Shown: piece after piece, positions 9,436-17,741 of the stretch
Numbering within the stretch: position 1 is the stretch's first letter
Layout: every line of letters begins with the position of its first letter
Assembly: GCA_964474825.1 (NCBI GenBank)
Contig: CAYYWQ010000001.1
Coordinates: forward strand, 549,609 to 613,608
From: an uncultured Candidatus Saccharibacteria bacterium
GTDB taxonomy: Bacteria > Patescibacteriota > Doudnabacteria > UBA920
Direction of reading: 5' to 3'
Length of the DNA: 64,000 nt
Program-made: the position numbers and the translations under genes
The notes under the pieces: generated by a model
The model's input: the letters and a program-made list of their open reading frames with translations, nothing else
Told to the model about the DNA's origin: nothing
Database searches by the model: none

Positions 9436-11685
9436 TTAAAGTAACTTTACTACTTCCAATGTGCTGCTTTGAGGAAAAGGAACCTCTTCTTTTTTAGGAT
9501 ACTTTATTTCCATCCACTCCGGGAAATCTTCGGCGCTCATAGGTTTGGCTATAAGGAAACCTTGCGCGGCGTCGCAGCCTAAACTTTGCAAAAAAACCAT
9601 TTGCTGCCCTTCTTCCACCCCTTCGGCCGTAACCTGTAAATTCAAAGTTTGGGCCATGGCAATAATAGTTTTGGTAATGCTGGTGTCAGGCGCGCTGGTT
9701 ATGCAGTGTCTGACAAAAGATTTGTCTATTTTTAAACCGTGAATGGGAAAACGTTTTAAATAATTGAGCGAAGAATAGCCGGTGCCAAAGTCGTCTATTG
9801 TAATTTGCACGCCTAAATTTTTTAATGCTTTTAAGTTAACCCGGGTTAGCTCCAAATCCCCCATTGCCAAACTTTCCGTAATTTCCATTTCCAGGCAATT
9901 GGCTTCCAGGCCGGTTTCCGCTAAAGTGTTTGCTACTTCGGCCACAAATTCCGGTTCGGAAAATTGCTGCGCGGAAACATTTACCGCTATACGGAATTTA
10001 GGCAGTCCCATGTCTTGCCAAACTTTAGCTTGTATACAGGCCTGCCTTAAAACAATTTTGTCCAGCTGGGCAATTAGCCCTGTTTCTTCGGCTAAAGAAA
10101 TAAATTCACTGGGAAGCAAAAGCCCCTTTTCCGGATGCTGCCAACGCGCCAGAGCTTCTAGAGCAATAATCTTATTTCTTTTTAAGCTAATAATAGGCTG
10201 GTAGTGGACTGTAATTTGGTTTAAGAATAAGGCTTCGCGGAATTCGTTCTCAAGGGTAAACCTTTCAGCCTGATGCAAGCCATGGAGGGAAGAGTCATAC
10301 AGGCTTAAGCGGTTGCGGCCGTTCTCCTTGGCCCTGTACAAAGCAACGTCCGCGTTCCTTTTAAGGCCGGACAAATCTAGTCCGTCGTTGGGGTATATGG
10401 CAATGCCAATGCTCACTGTAGGGTGTATGGTATGCTCTTCCACTTTTACCGGTAAACTTACGGCCCGGAGTATTTTTTCCGCGGCCACAACCACGTCTTT
10501 ACTGGAACGGATGTCGTTAATTAAAATTAAAAATTCATCTCCGCCAAACCTGCAGGCCACGTCTTCACCCCTAATGCTTGTTACCAACCTGCTGGCAATA
10601 ACTTTAAGCAGGGAATCTCCCGCGACATGACCGAGACGGTCGTTAACGTTTTTAAAACGGTCCATGTCCAAGAACATTATGGCAATTTGGCGATTGTTGC
10701 GCTTGGCTTGTTCCAATGCCTGGTCAAAACGAATGTGGAATTCCTTCCTGTTGGGTAAACCCGTTAGGGAATCATGCAAAGCTTGGTGGGTTATAGTCCT
10801 TTCCGCTTCCTTGCGTTCAGTAATGTCACGGATATTGGCAATAATTCCGTTTACGCTCGGGTCGTCCAACTTATTTACCGCGCTTGCTTCCAGCCAGCGC
10901 CAGGAACCATTACTGTGCCTATAACGAGCCTCTACGGTCATTGCTTTGTTGGGCTGCACAGCGGTTTGAAGCATGTGATTCTGGATTTTTTCTACGTCAT
11001 CAGAATGCATAAAATCCACCAAATTACGTCCTAACAAATCACCTACCGCATGCCCAGCCATACGGGTTATTGAACCGCTAATGTCCGTAATACTTCCGTT
11101 CGCGTCCAGCAGGGCGATAACATCGTAACTGTTTTCTATCATGGACCTAAAACGCAGTTTCTGGTTTTCCGATTCCAGCCTGGCTTCCTGTTCCCCCATT
11201 CTTAACTGATTAATTGTAATAGCCTGGGCCGCGGCATTCCCCAAAGCTATGGACAGGCCCTGCTCCTCTTCGGAAAAATTATGGGCATCTTTATAACAAA
11301 TAACTAAGTTCCCATAAATACTATTTTTATAACAAATCGGGATAATAACATAACTTTTCATGTAAGGGCTAACGTCATACCCTTCCTCGTAGTCTTCCTT
11401 TTTTACAACTTCCACAAAAAGTGGCTCCTGTTTTTTTTGGACCAAATAATTCCCTCCGCGTTCCCGGGGAAAATTGGGGTCATAAGGAACAGTAGGGCTT
11501 TTATAAACTAACTCAAAGCCTTGGCCAAAGGGTTTAACCCACCAGGCAAAGCCAAAGTCGGCTTCTAAAATTGCCAAACCGGTGTCCATAAACTTTTGGA
11601 TAATAGTTTCTTTCTCAGCGACATTGAAAGATTCCAAAATTGTATGGTTAAGCAAAGTTATTTTTTTTGAAATTGATTCACTCAT
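9436..11685 (-). CDS. GAF-PAS-GGDEF-EAL diguanylate cyclase/phosphodiesterase
   Basis: HDSLTGLPNR, RGED I-site, RFGGDEF, LEALARW and DDFGTGYSS all intact; PAS/PAC end DITERK. Confidence 0.95.
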   Translation of the reverse strand: MSESISKKITLLNHTILESFNVAEKETIIQKFMDTGLAILEADFGFAWWVKPFGQGFELVYKSPTVPYDPNFPRERGGNYLVQKKQEPLFVEVVKKEDYEEGYDVSPYMKSYVIIPICYKNSIYGNLVICYKDAHNFSEEEQGLSIALGNAAAQAITINQLRMGEQEARLESENQKLRFRSMIENSYDVIALLDANGSITDISGSITRMAGHAVGDLLGRNLVDFMHSDDVEKIQNHMLQTAVQPNKAMTVEARYRHSNGSWRWLEASAVNKLDDPSVNGIIANIRDITERKEAERTITHQALHDSLTGLPNRKEFHIRFDQALEQAKRNNRQIAIMFLDMDRFKNVNDRLGHVAGDSLLKVIASRLVTSIRGEDVACRFGGDEFLILINDIRSSKDVVVAAEKILRAVSLPVKVEEHTIHPTVSIGIAIYPNDGLDLSGLKRNADVALYRAKENGRNRLSLYDSSLHGLHQAERFTLENEFREALFLNQITVHYQPIISLKRNKIIALEALARWQHPEKGLLLPSEFISLAEETGLIAQLDKIVLRQACIQAKVWQDMGLPKFRIAVNVSAQQFSEPEFVAEVANTLAETGLEANCLEMEITESLAMGDLELTRVNLKALKNLGVQITIDDFGTGYSSLNYLKRFPIHGLKIDKSFVRHCITSAPDTSITKTIIAMAQTLNLQVTAEGVEEGQQMVFLQSLGCDAAQGFLIAKPMSAEDFPEWMEIKYPKKEEVPFPQSSTLEVVKLL

Positions 11686-11759
11686 AATATATTAAAGTTT
11701 GGTTGTGGAGAGAACAACCCGGCGGATCCTTACGGAACTGCCAGATTGTCCTCTCCATG

Positions 11760-12587
11760 CTATCGGTCGGCCATAAGGCGCAGAATTGAATACTGCTGAT
11801 GAAAGTACCAGAATCTTCCCAGAACTTCCAACGACAGTTTCCCTCCAGCGCCTTCTTGAGCGGGCTCCAGAAGCTCGGGTAAATCGTAAGGGGTTGTGTC
11901 TCCCCATTCCGGCTTACTGAACTTGTGTCCTTCCCACTCCACCTCAGCTGAGTTGTCGGCTTTGGTTGGGTGGACTAGGTAGACCCGCCGCTGAGGGTAG
12001 TTCTCGGGAACCGGCTCTAAAGCAAAGGAGCCCAATATAGCCATTAGGCGCGCCTTAATGATTTCGTCGCAAATTTGCGCAAGCGACGAGCCCACAATAG
12101 CCAGGGCCGACATAATATCCACCGCGCCTGAGCTCCATGCCCGAATAACTTCCTCTTGAATAACGTTCCAGTCGAGTCGGTTTCGGTCTGAGTATCTTAC
12201 AGCGTTCTGGCATGCGACTTTACTATTGTCGCGCACCACAACACTAAAATACTCTTTTCCCACAGCCTTGGCCGCAGATTTCTCGCGGCCTAAGCCCCAG
12301 CCCCAGAATTCCCAATTCTGTCCAATTATATCTGACGGGCGCAGGGCCTGGGTCCGGACGGAACGAGCCTCACGGCGAATAATTCGACACACGGATCTTC
12401 GCCATACGGCATTCTGTTCCCGATAAGAAGCCAAGGTTACCAACCCTAGCCTCACCAGGTCCCGCGGTGCAAGCGGGAAAGGATTACTTGGAACTGGCGT
12501 CAATTTCTCGTCCCACTTCTTTTGAAGCGCGGGATCAATACCAGCCCCTATTTGAGCCTCGAGATGATGGCCGAACCGGGTCATCAT
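11760..12587 (-). CDS. GC-richer hypothetical protein, possible divergent SAM-dependent methyltransferase
   Basis: EFWGWGLGRE and VVVRDNS resemble motifs I and II; own TTGAAT..TATAAT promoter and GGAGG RBS. Confidence 0.5.
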   Translation of the reverse strand: MMTRFGHHLEAQIGAGIDPALQKKWDEKLTPVPSNPFPLAPRDLVRLGLVTLASYREQNAVWRRSVCRIIRREARSVRTQALRPSDIIGQNWEFWGWGLGREKSAAKAVGKEYFSVVVRDNSKVACQNAVRYSDRNRLDWNVIQEEVIRAWSSGAVDIMSALAIVGSSLAQICDEIIKARLMAILGSFALEPVPENYPQRRVYLVHPTKADNSAEVEWEGHKFSKPEWGDTTPYDLPELLEPAQEGAGGKLSLEVLGRFWYFHQQYSILRLMADR

Positions 12588-12680
12588 GCTCCTCCTCCCT
12601 TAATTATAGCCTATAAACATAAGGATATTCAAAGGAAAGAGGCAATTTCTTAAAGAACAAAGTAGAAAATATTTTTTCCC

Positions 12681-12914
12681 TTAAACTTGAGGCAGGTTTC
12701 GCAAAAACCTGCTAAAGTGGATAATTACCACCCCTCCTGCCATAATTAGCGCTAAAGCATAAGGGTTATAACCAACGTTCATGGAAGCAACCGCCGCATA
12801 ACCACCAAGGGCCCCTACAATACCAATTAAGATGTCCCACAGCTTTCTGTACCGTGCCTTAGAAACAAACAACCCGGTAATTACTCCCAAAAAAATTGAA
12901 ATTAAAGTATCCAT
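12681..12914 (-). CDS. GlsB/YeaQ/YmgE-like small membrane stress protein
   Basis: Three hydrophobic helices, DILIGIVGALGG; start moved to MDTLIS. Confidence 0.65.
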   Translation of the reverse strand: MDTLISIFLGVITGLFVSKARYRKLWDILIGIVGALGGYAAVASMNVGYNPYALALIMAGGVVIIHFSRFLRNLPQV

Positions 12915-13024
12915 AATTTTTCCTTTCAAACTAATTATGGAGCTGTCCATAACTATTTTTAAAAATGCGTAATGGTCCCGCAATCCCTCCGTTACCTCCC
13001 GCAATTGCGGGACCGCTTCGCAAT

Positions 13025-13123
13025 TTACATGTTGTCTTCCTGACCGCTCATGCCACCTTTATTGCCCTCTCCCTGGCCTTGATTCATGCCAGAGTCGCTG
13101 TCTGCAAAATTATATGTTTTCAT
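13025..13123 (-). CDS. Unannotated 32-aa hydrophilic peptide MKTYNFADSDSGMNQGQGEGNKGGMSGQEDNM
   Basis: RBS GAAAGGCGGTGA; directly after riboswitch copy 2; followed by hairpin GGTCCCGCAAT/ATTGCGGGACC. Confidence 0.65.
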   Translation of the reverse strand: MKTYNFADSDSGMNQGQGEGNKGGMSGQEDNM

Positions 13124-13164
13124 AATTCTCACCGCCTTTCATTGTAGGGCCCTAAATAATTAAC

Positions 13165-13300
13165 AAAAAACCGGCCCAAAATAATTTGTCCGGTTTCGCC
13201 ACTGGCCTCGCCCGTCATAATTTTTAAAAATTATTGACGAACCTTGCTGTGATTATAAGGCGACCAAATAATAAATCACAGATTGCAGGCCTACTAAATA
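13165..13300 (-). ncRNA. Candidate riboswitch copy 2 (c-di-GMP-II-like) with overlapping terminator
   Basis: Same fold as 9290-9425 with compensatory change CUGUGAUU/AAUCACAG; identical loop; AGUGGCGAAACCGG 3' segment. Confidence 0.65.
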
Positions 13301-13323
13301 TATGAAATTGTACTCACCTTAAA

Positions 13324-13352
13324 ATTTTATACAATCATTACTGTCTTGTCAA
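13324..13352 (-). promoter_or_regulatory. Sigma70-type promoter upstream of riboswitch copy 2
   Basis: TTGACA-N17-TAAAAT. Confidence 0.7.
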
Positions 13353-13433
13353 CAGAAAAACTTTCCTTCATTTAAGCGAAGAGAGGTAATTTATCCACAC
13401 CAATAAAATTTTTGCTTCGTTCGGGGCACACTG

Positions 13434-15806
13434 TTATTTTAAGCGCGCATCGCTTGCCGTCATAACTGAAAGCTTAGCCATAGCTAAATCATAACTGTTT
13501 GCTTTAACCAGGAAACTTGCCTGTCCGCCATTGCTTAAAAAAGTATTCCAGTCCGGAACCGGTATAAGGCCTTCCGGGGTTAAGAAGTAAACGGCTTTTC
13601 CTGAAAGCAGCCAGCTGCCTCGCGGGTGAGCTCCGTTTGCGGTTACCACAACTTTCCCTGAAAGAGCCAAACCTGAATTGGAAACAACAGTAAGGTTCGC
13701 AAACTTAAAACCAAGCCCTAAAAATGCGGCCGCGTTAGCAAATGGTGTTTTGGTGTTTTTATATACCAAAGCTATGGTTCCGTTTTCATTTATTAATTGT
13801 CCGTTAACATAGCTTCCTGTTGTTGCCACAGGGGTAGGTGTGGGCGTGGGAACAGCTGTTGGTGTGGGAGTTGGCGTAGGGCTCGCACTAGAGGAGTTTA
13901 CTGTTACGTTCAAAGTGGCGCAGGAGCTTCCACCGGTTTGGCAAATACTCACACTGGCGTTACCTACTGTTATACCGGTTAAACTAAGCTGAGACCCGCT
14001 TAAATTTAAAGTTAGCGCGCTGGGATTTGTAATACCCGAAATATAATAGGTGCCGCTGCCTCCGCTAATAGAAATAGCCTGAGTTTGGTTTAAACCCAAG
14101 GCTGGACTGTTGTTGCTAAAAGTAATAGTACCGGTCCCGGCCGCTGCGCTGGCAACAGTAATAGACATAACGCCACAAACTGAAGAATTATTATTTTGGC
14201 AAACCGTAACACTGGAAGTCCCGGCGTTCAGCCCTGTCACGTAAAGGGAATTAGACTGCAAAGAAACCGCGGCCGCGGAAGGGTTGGAATTATTTGAAAT
14301 ATAATAACTGCCACTGCCGCCAGTTATGGAAACTGTCTGGTTTTGATTTAAGGCAACATTCACGTTACTTGGGCTAAAGGTAAGTCCCCCACCAGCGCCG
14401 TTAACAGTAACATAAAGCGTACCGCAAACCGTGCTGGAAGTCTGGCAAACCGTAATAGTGCTGCTGCCTACATTTTGTCCGACCAAATAAAGAGAACTGC
14501 CGCTTAAGCTCAAGCTGACAATGCTAGCGCTGGTGTTATTTGAAATAGTGTAGGTGTTAACTCCATTGGTGGAATAAATAGCTATGCTCTGGCTTTGACC
14601 AACGGTCATAACCGGATTTTGCAAACTAAAACTAATGCCGCCGGTAGTGGTGGTGCCGCTTGAGCCGACCTGCACGAACAAATAAACACAGCCCGAAGTT
14701 GAACCAGCCGGGCAAATGGTCAAAGTGCTGGATCCGGCCGCAACAGCGTAAACTGTTACCGTCTGGCCGGTCTGCCCGCTAACGTAAGAACTAACACTTG
14801 CCGAAACAACCGCTGAGTTACTATTGTTTGTAATACTTAAAGCCGCGGTGCTGTTGTTAATTGTTGCGGTACCTGTATTGCCCGCAGTTAAAACCAAACT
14901 GGAAGGGCTAATGGTTAATCCGTTCTGGCCATTGCTGCCCACCGTTACAGTTACAGTACCGCAATAGCTGGAGCCGGTTTGGCAAATTGACAGGGTGGCA
15001 TTCCCTGGAGTACCTCCCGAAAAATATAAAGTGGAACCCGAAATGCTGGGACTAGACACAATATTGGAATTGGAATTACTGGAAATATAATAAGCCGAAG
15101 AATTGCTATTGCTCGGACTGTAAATGGTAATATTGGAACTTTGTCCTGCAATAACAACGGGGTTGGCGTTACTAAAATTCAAGGTTGTGGAACTCCCGCC
15201 GTTGACCGTTACAAGAATATTTCCGCACTGGGTAGCAGACACTGTTGAGCATACCGTTAAGGTTGTGCTGCCCGTAGACTGGCCGGTAATAATAACAGAT
15301 GCCCCGCTAACAAAAACATTGGCAACCGAAGCATTACTGTTGCTTGTTACGGAAACGTTGCCGCCACTGGAAGGAGAAGCTACCACTGTCGCGCTATTGG
15401 GGCTTGTTATGGACACGCTTGTCTGGCTCAAAGTTAAAGTTCCGCTTACACACCCGCCGGTGCAGCTGCCCGGAGGAATTTGGACTGTGGGCGACTGTAG
15501 TCCTCCTATTATTACGTAAAGCAATAGCGGATTGCTGCTGCCGTCAAAACTAACGGTTTGCGTGGAAGTAAAATTGCCGTTTGTATCGGTATTACCTAAA
15601 CTATTTGAACTCCCTGTAAAAGAGGATGAGCTCTGCCTTTGGTATAAATAAACCGGGGTATTAGCGTTAGCATTGTTAATATTCAAGGTTACCGAATTGC
15701 CGCTGGATGTCGCGTACAAACTGGGAGTACCGGCCAACGCAGTCCCGGCCAGGCTGGCAAAAATTAAAACCAAACACAACCCAAACAGCAAAAGTTTTTG
15801 TTTCAT
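13434..15806 (-). CDS. Large secreted Ser/Thr-rich surface protein with six Cys-paired beta-rich repeats
   Basis: Signal peptide; six ~85-90 aa modules each ending T(L/I)(T/S)(V/I)C..C..(V/L)xVxV; PT linker; distinct C-terminal domain. Confidence 0.8.
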   Translation of the reverse strand: MKQKLLLFGLCLVLIFASLAGTALAGTPSLYATSSGNSVTLNINNANANTPVYLYQRQSSSSFTGSSNSLGNTDTNGNFTSTQTVSFDGSSNPLLLYVIIGGLQSPTVQIPPGSCTGGCVSGTLTLSQTSVSITSPNSATVVASPSSGGNVSVTSNSNASVANVFVSGASVIITGQSTGSTTLTVCSTVSATQCGNILVTVNGGSSTTLNFSNANPVVIAGQSSNITIYSPSNSNSSAYYISSNSNSNIVSSPSISGSTLYFSGGTPGNATLSICQTGSSYCGTVTVTVGSNGQNGLTISPSSLVLTAGNTGTATINNSTAALSITNNSNSAVVSASVSSYVSGQTGQTVTVYAVAAGSSTLTICPAGSTSGCVYLFVQVGSSGTTTTGGISFSLQNPVMTVGQSQSIAIYSTNGVNTYTISNNTSASIVSLSLSGSSLYLVGQNVGSSTITVCQTSSTVCGTLYVTVNGAGGGLTFSPSNVNVALNQNQTVSITGGSGSYYISNNSNPSAAAVSLQSNSLYVTGLNAGTSSVTVCQNNNSSVCGVMSITVASAAAGTGTITFSNNSPALGLNQTQAISISGGSGTYYISGITNPSALTLNLSGSQLSLTGITVGNASVSICQTGGSSCATLNVTVNSSSASPTPTPTPTAVPTPTPTPVATTGSYVNGQLINENGTIALVYKNTKTPFANAAAFLGLGFKFANLTVVSNSGLALSGKVVVTANGAHPRGSWLLSGKAVYFLTPEGLIPVPDWNTFLSNGGQASFLVKANSYDLAMAKLSVMTASDARLK

Positions 15807-15932
15807 AAATATTAATTAATTTTAATTTATTTCGCCGATTAAACCGGTCTTACATTCCTTATTATAATAATCTTTTAATACAAAAATCGCAAATTTTACG
15901 TAACAAACTACTTAAAAAATCCAATTAGCTGC

Positions 15933-17264
15933 TTACTGTCCTAAAGTCGCGATGTCTGCCTGATATTTTTGTGTTAAGGCAATAACATTGTCTCCATAAA
16001 AACGATAGGCAACATTTGTGCCTCCGCTAAAATAACGCATGGCGGCATTCCACTGTCCCTGCTGGGTGTTGTCTGCCCCTCCTGCCACTAATTTTATACC
16101 AGCGGCCAAAAAGGCGTCGCGAATATCCCAGGGGTTTGCAGGTTTGCCGGTAATGGCAGAAACTTTATCCCTATAGCCCATCCAGGTGGAAGGAATAAAT
16201 TGCGCCGGCCCCATTGCCCCTCCCCAGCCCAAGCGCTTACCCTTTTTGTCTTTCATGGCGCAGGAAATAGGCGTAACTTCCGGGTCTAAGCCTAATTCCC
16301 CTGTAACTTCCAAAAACGGCTTTATGTCCCGGTCGGGCTTCATCATAACTTTATAACTTTTTTCAGGCCCGTCCCCGGGACGGTTGCAAGTGCCAACATT
16401 TTTCCCCAAATTAGATTCCTGGGTCAAAATGGCAAGTAAAAAAGCCGGATCAATCCCCGTCTGCTGCGAAACATATTGGGCAATTTTTAGGGCGTTGCCA
16501 AAAGTAATCTGGCTACTAATCCCCAAAAGGTCATAAATACGGTTTTGGATTTCCGCGGCGCGACGCTTGGTGTCATTTAAAGTAATTTGGTAGTCGGCTT
16601 CCTTGCCTTTGGTTTCCTGAAGCAAAATGTTTTGCTGGCTTACCGTGTCCAGCAATTGCCCCTGCTGCAAATTTTGCACTGACAAATAATTCTTGGCCTC
16701 GTCCTGCTGGTCCGTGTATTGTTGTTGGTCTTTTTCCAGCTGGGACTTGGTGTCCTGCGCCAATTTAAGCAAAGATTTTAAATTATCGGAAACTGTCATG
16801 GAAGCGGCCACGTCATTCATTACGTCCGACAGGTTTCCCTTGGATACAGCCAAATACAAAAGCGGATAACTGTCGCGCTCGTTAATTGTCCTAATAATTC
16901 CGCCAATTTGCTGGGCAAGCAGTTCAGCTTTTAACTGATTAGCCTGTATGCCCGCTTGCGTAACCGTAATTTTTCCGGTTAAGTCGTTAATTTTTAAATT
17001 GGTAGCCTGAATTTGCAGCTGCAAACTGGCCTGCTGCTTTTTTAAACTGTTAATTTTATTCTGTAAGGTATTTTTTTGGCCGTTAATTTGGGTTAATTGC
17101 TGCTGGAACTGGTCTATTTCGTTCTGGATTTGCTGGAGCTGCTGCTGTAGTTGGGCCTGCGTGGCCGCAGTTGAAGTGGCCTCTTGCGCCAAAACAGGCA
17201 TGGCAATTAAAAAAAATATTGCCATTAAGCTGAAAATTAATTTTTGTTTTCCTGTAAAAATCAT
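15933..17264 (-). CDS. Coiled-coil lytic murein transglycosylase
   Basis: Signal/TM, Gln-rich coiled coil, AILTQES, GGAMGPAQFIPSTW, NPWDIRDAF. Confidence 0.88.
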   Translation of the reverse strand: MIFTGKQKLIFSLMAIFFLIAMPVLAQEATSTAATQAQLQQQLQQIQNEIDQFQQQLTQINGQKNTLQNKINSLKKQQASLQLQIQATNLKINDLTGKITVTQAGIQANQLKAELLAQQIGGIIRTINERDSYPLLYLAVSKGNLSDVMNDVAASMTVSDNLKSLLKLAQDTKSQLEKDQQQYTDQQDEAKNYLSVQNLQQGQLLDTVSQQNILLQETKGKEADYQITLNDTKRRAAEIQNRIYDLLGISSQITFGNALKIAQYVSQQTGIDPAFLLAILTQESNLGKNVGTCNRPGDGPEKSYKVMMKPDRDIKPFLEVTGELGLDPEVTPISCAMKDKKGKRLGWGGAMGPAQFIPSTWMGYRDKVSAITGKPANPWDIRDAFLAAGIKLVAGGADNTQQGQWNAAMRYFSGGTNVAYRFYGDNVIALTQKYQADIATLGQ

Positions 17265-17300
17265 CTTTATTATTATATCATTTTTTGATACAATTGATAC

Positions 17301-17678
17301 ATGGATGACAACAAACTTGAGCAACAAGTAAGCGAATACGCCAAACTTGCGAAAGAAAGCCCGAACATAGATGTCGCGAGCTTAATGCTTAACGCCTTAA
17401 ACAAAAAAGAAAACTTAGTCTCAGGCAAAACAAAAAAATGGGCTTATTTAATTTCTGTTGGCTTGCCGCCTTTTGGTTTACTATTTGCGCTAAAGTTTTA
17501 TTTTTTTAGCGGCGAAGACGACGCCTCTTCTGTGGGCAACATATGCGTAATTCTAACAGTTTTGGCTATGGCCTTTATGTGGTTTACCTTTAAAACCATG
17601 TTGTCTTCCGGCGGCACAAGTCTACAGCAGCTGCAGCAAATTACTCCGCAGGAAATACAAAGCACTTTAGGAAATTAA
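17301..17678 (+). CDS. Hypothetical membrane protein
   Basis: Two to three hydrophobic helices; terminator at 17704-17733. Confidence 0.65.
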   Translation: MDDNKLEQQVSEYAKLAKESPNIDVASLMLNALNKKENLVSGKTKKWAYLISVGLPPFGLLFALKFYFFSGEDDASSVGNICVILTVLAMAFMWFTFKTMLSSGGTSLQQLQQITPQEIQSTLGN

Positions 17679-17741
17679 ACTCCGGTTGGTTATAGAAGAC
17701 CTAAAAACCGCCGTCCCTATGGGCGGCGGTTTTATTTCCGG

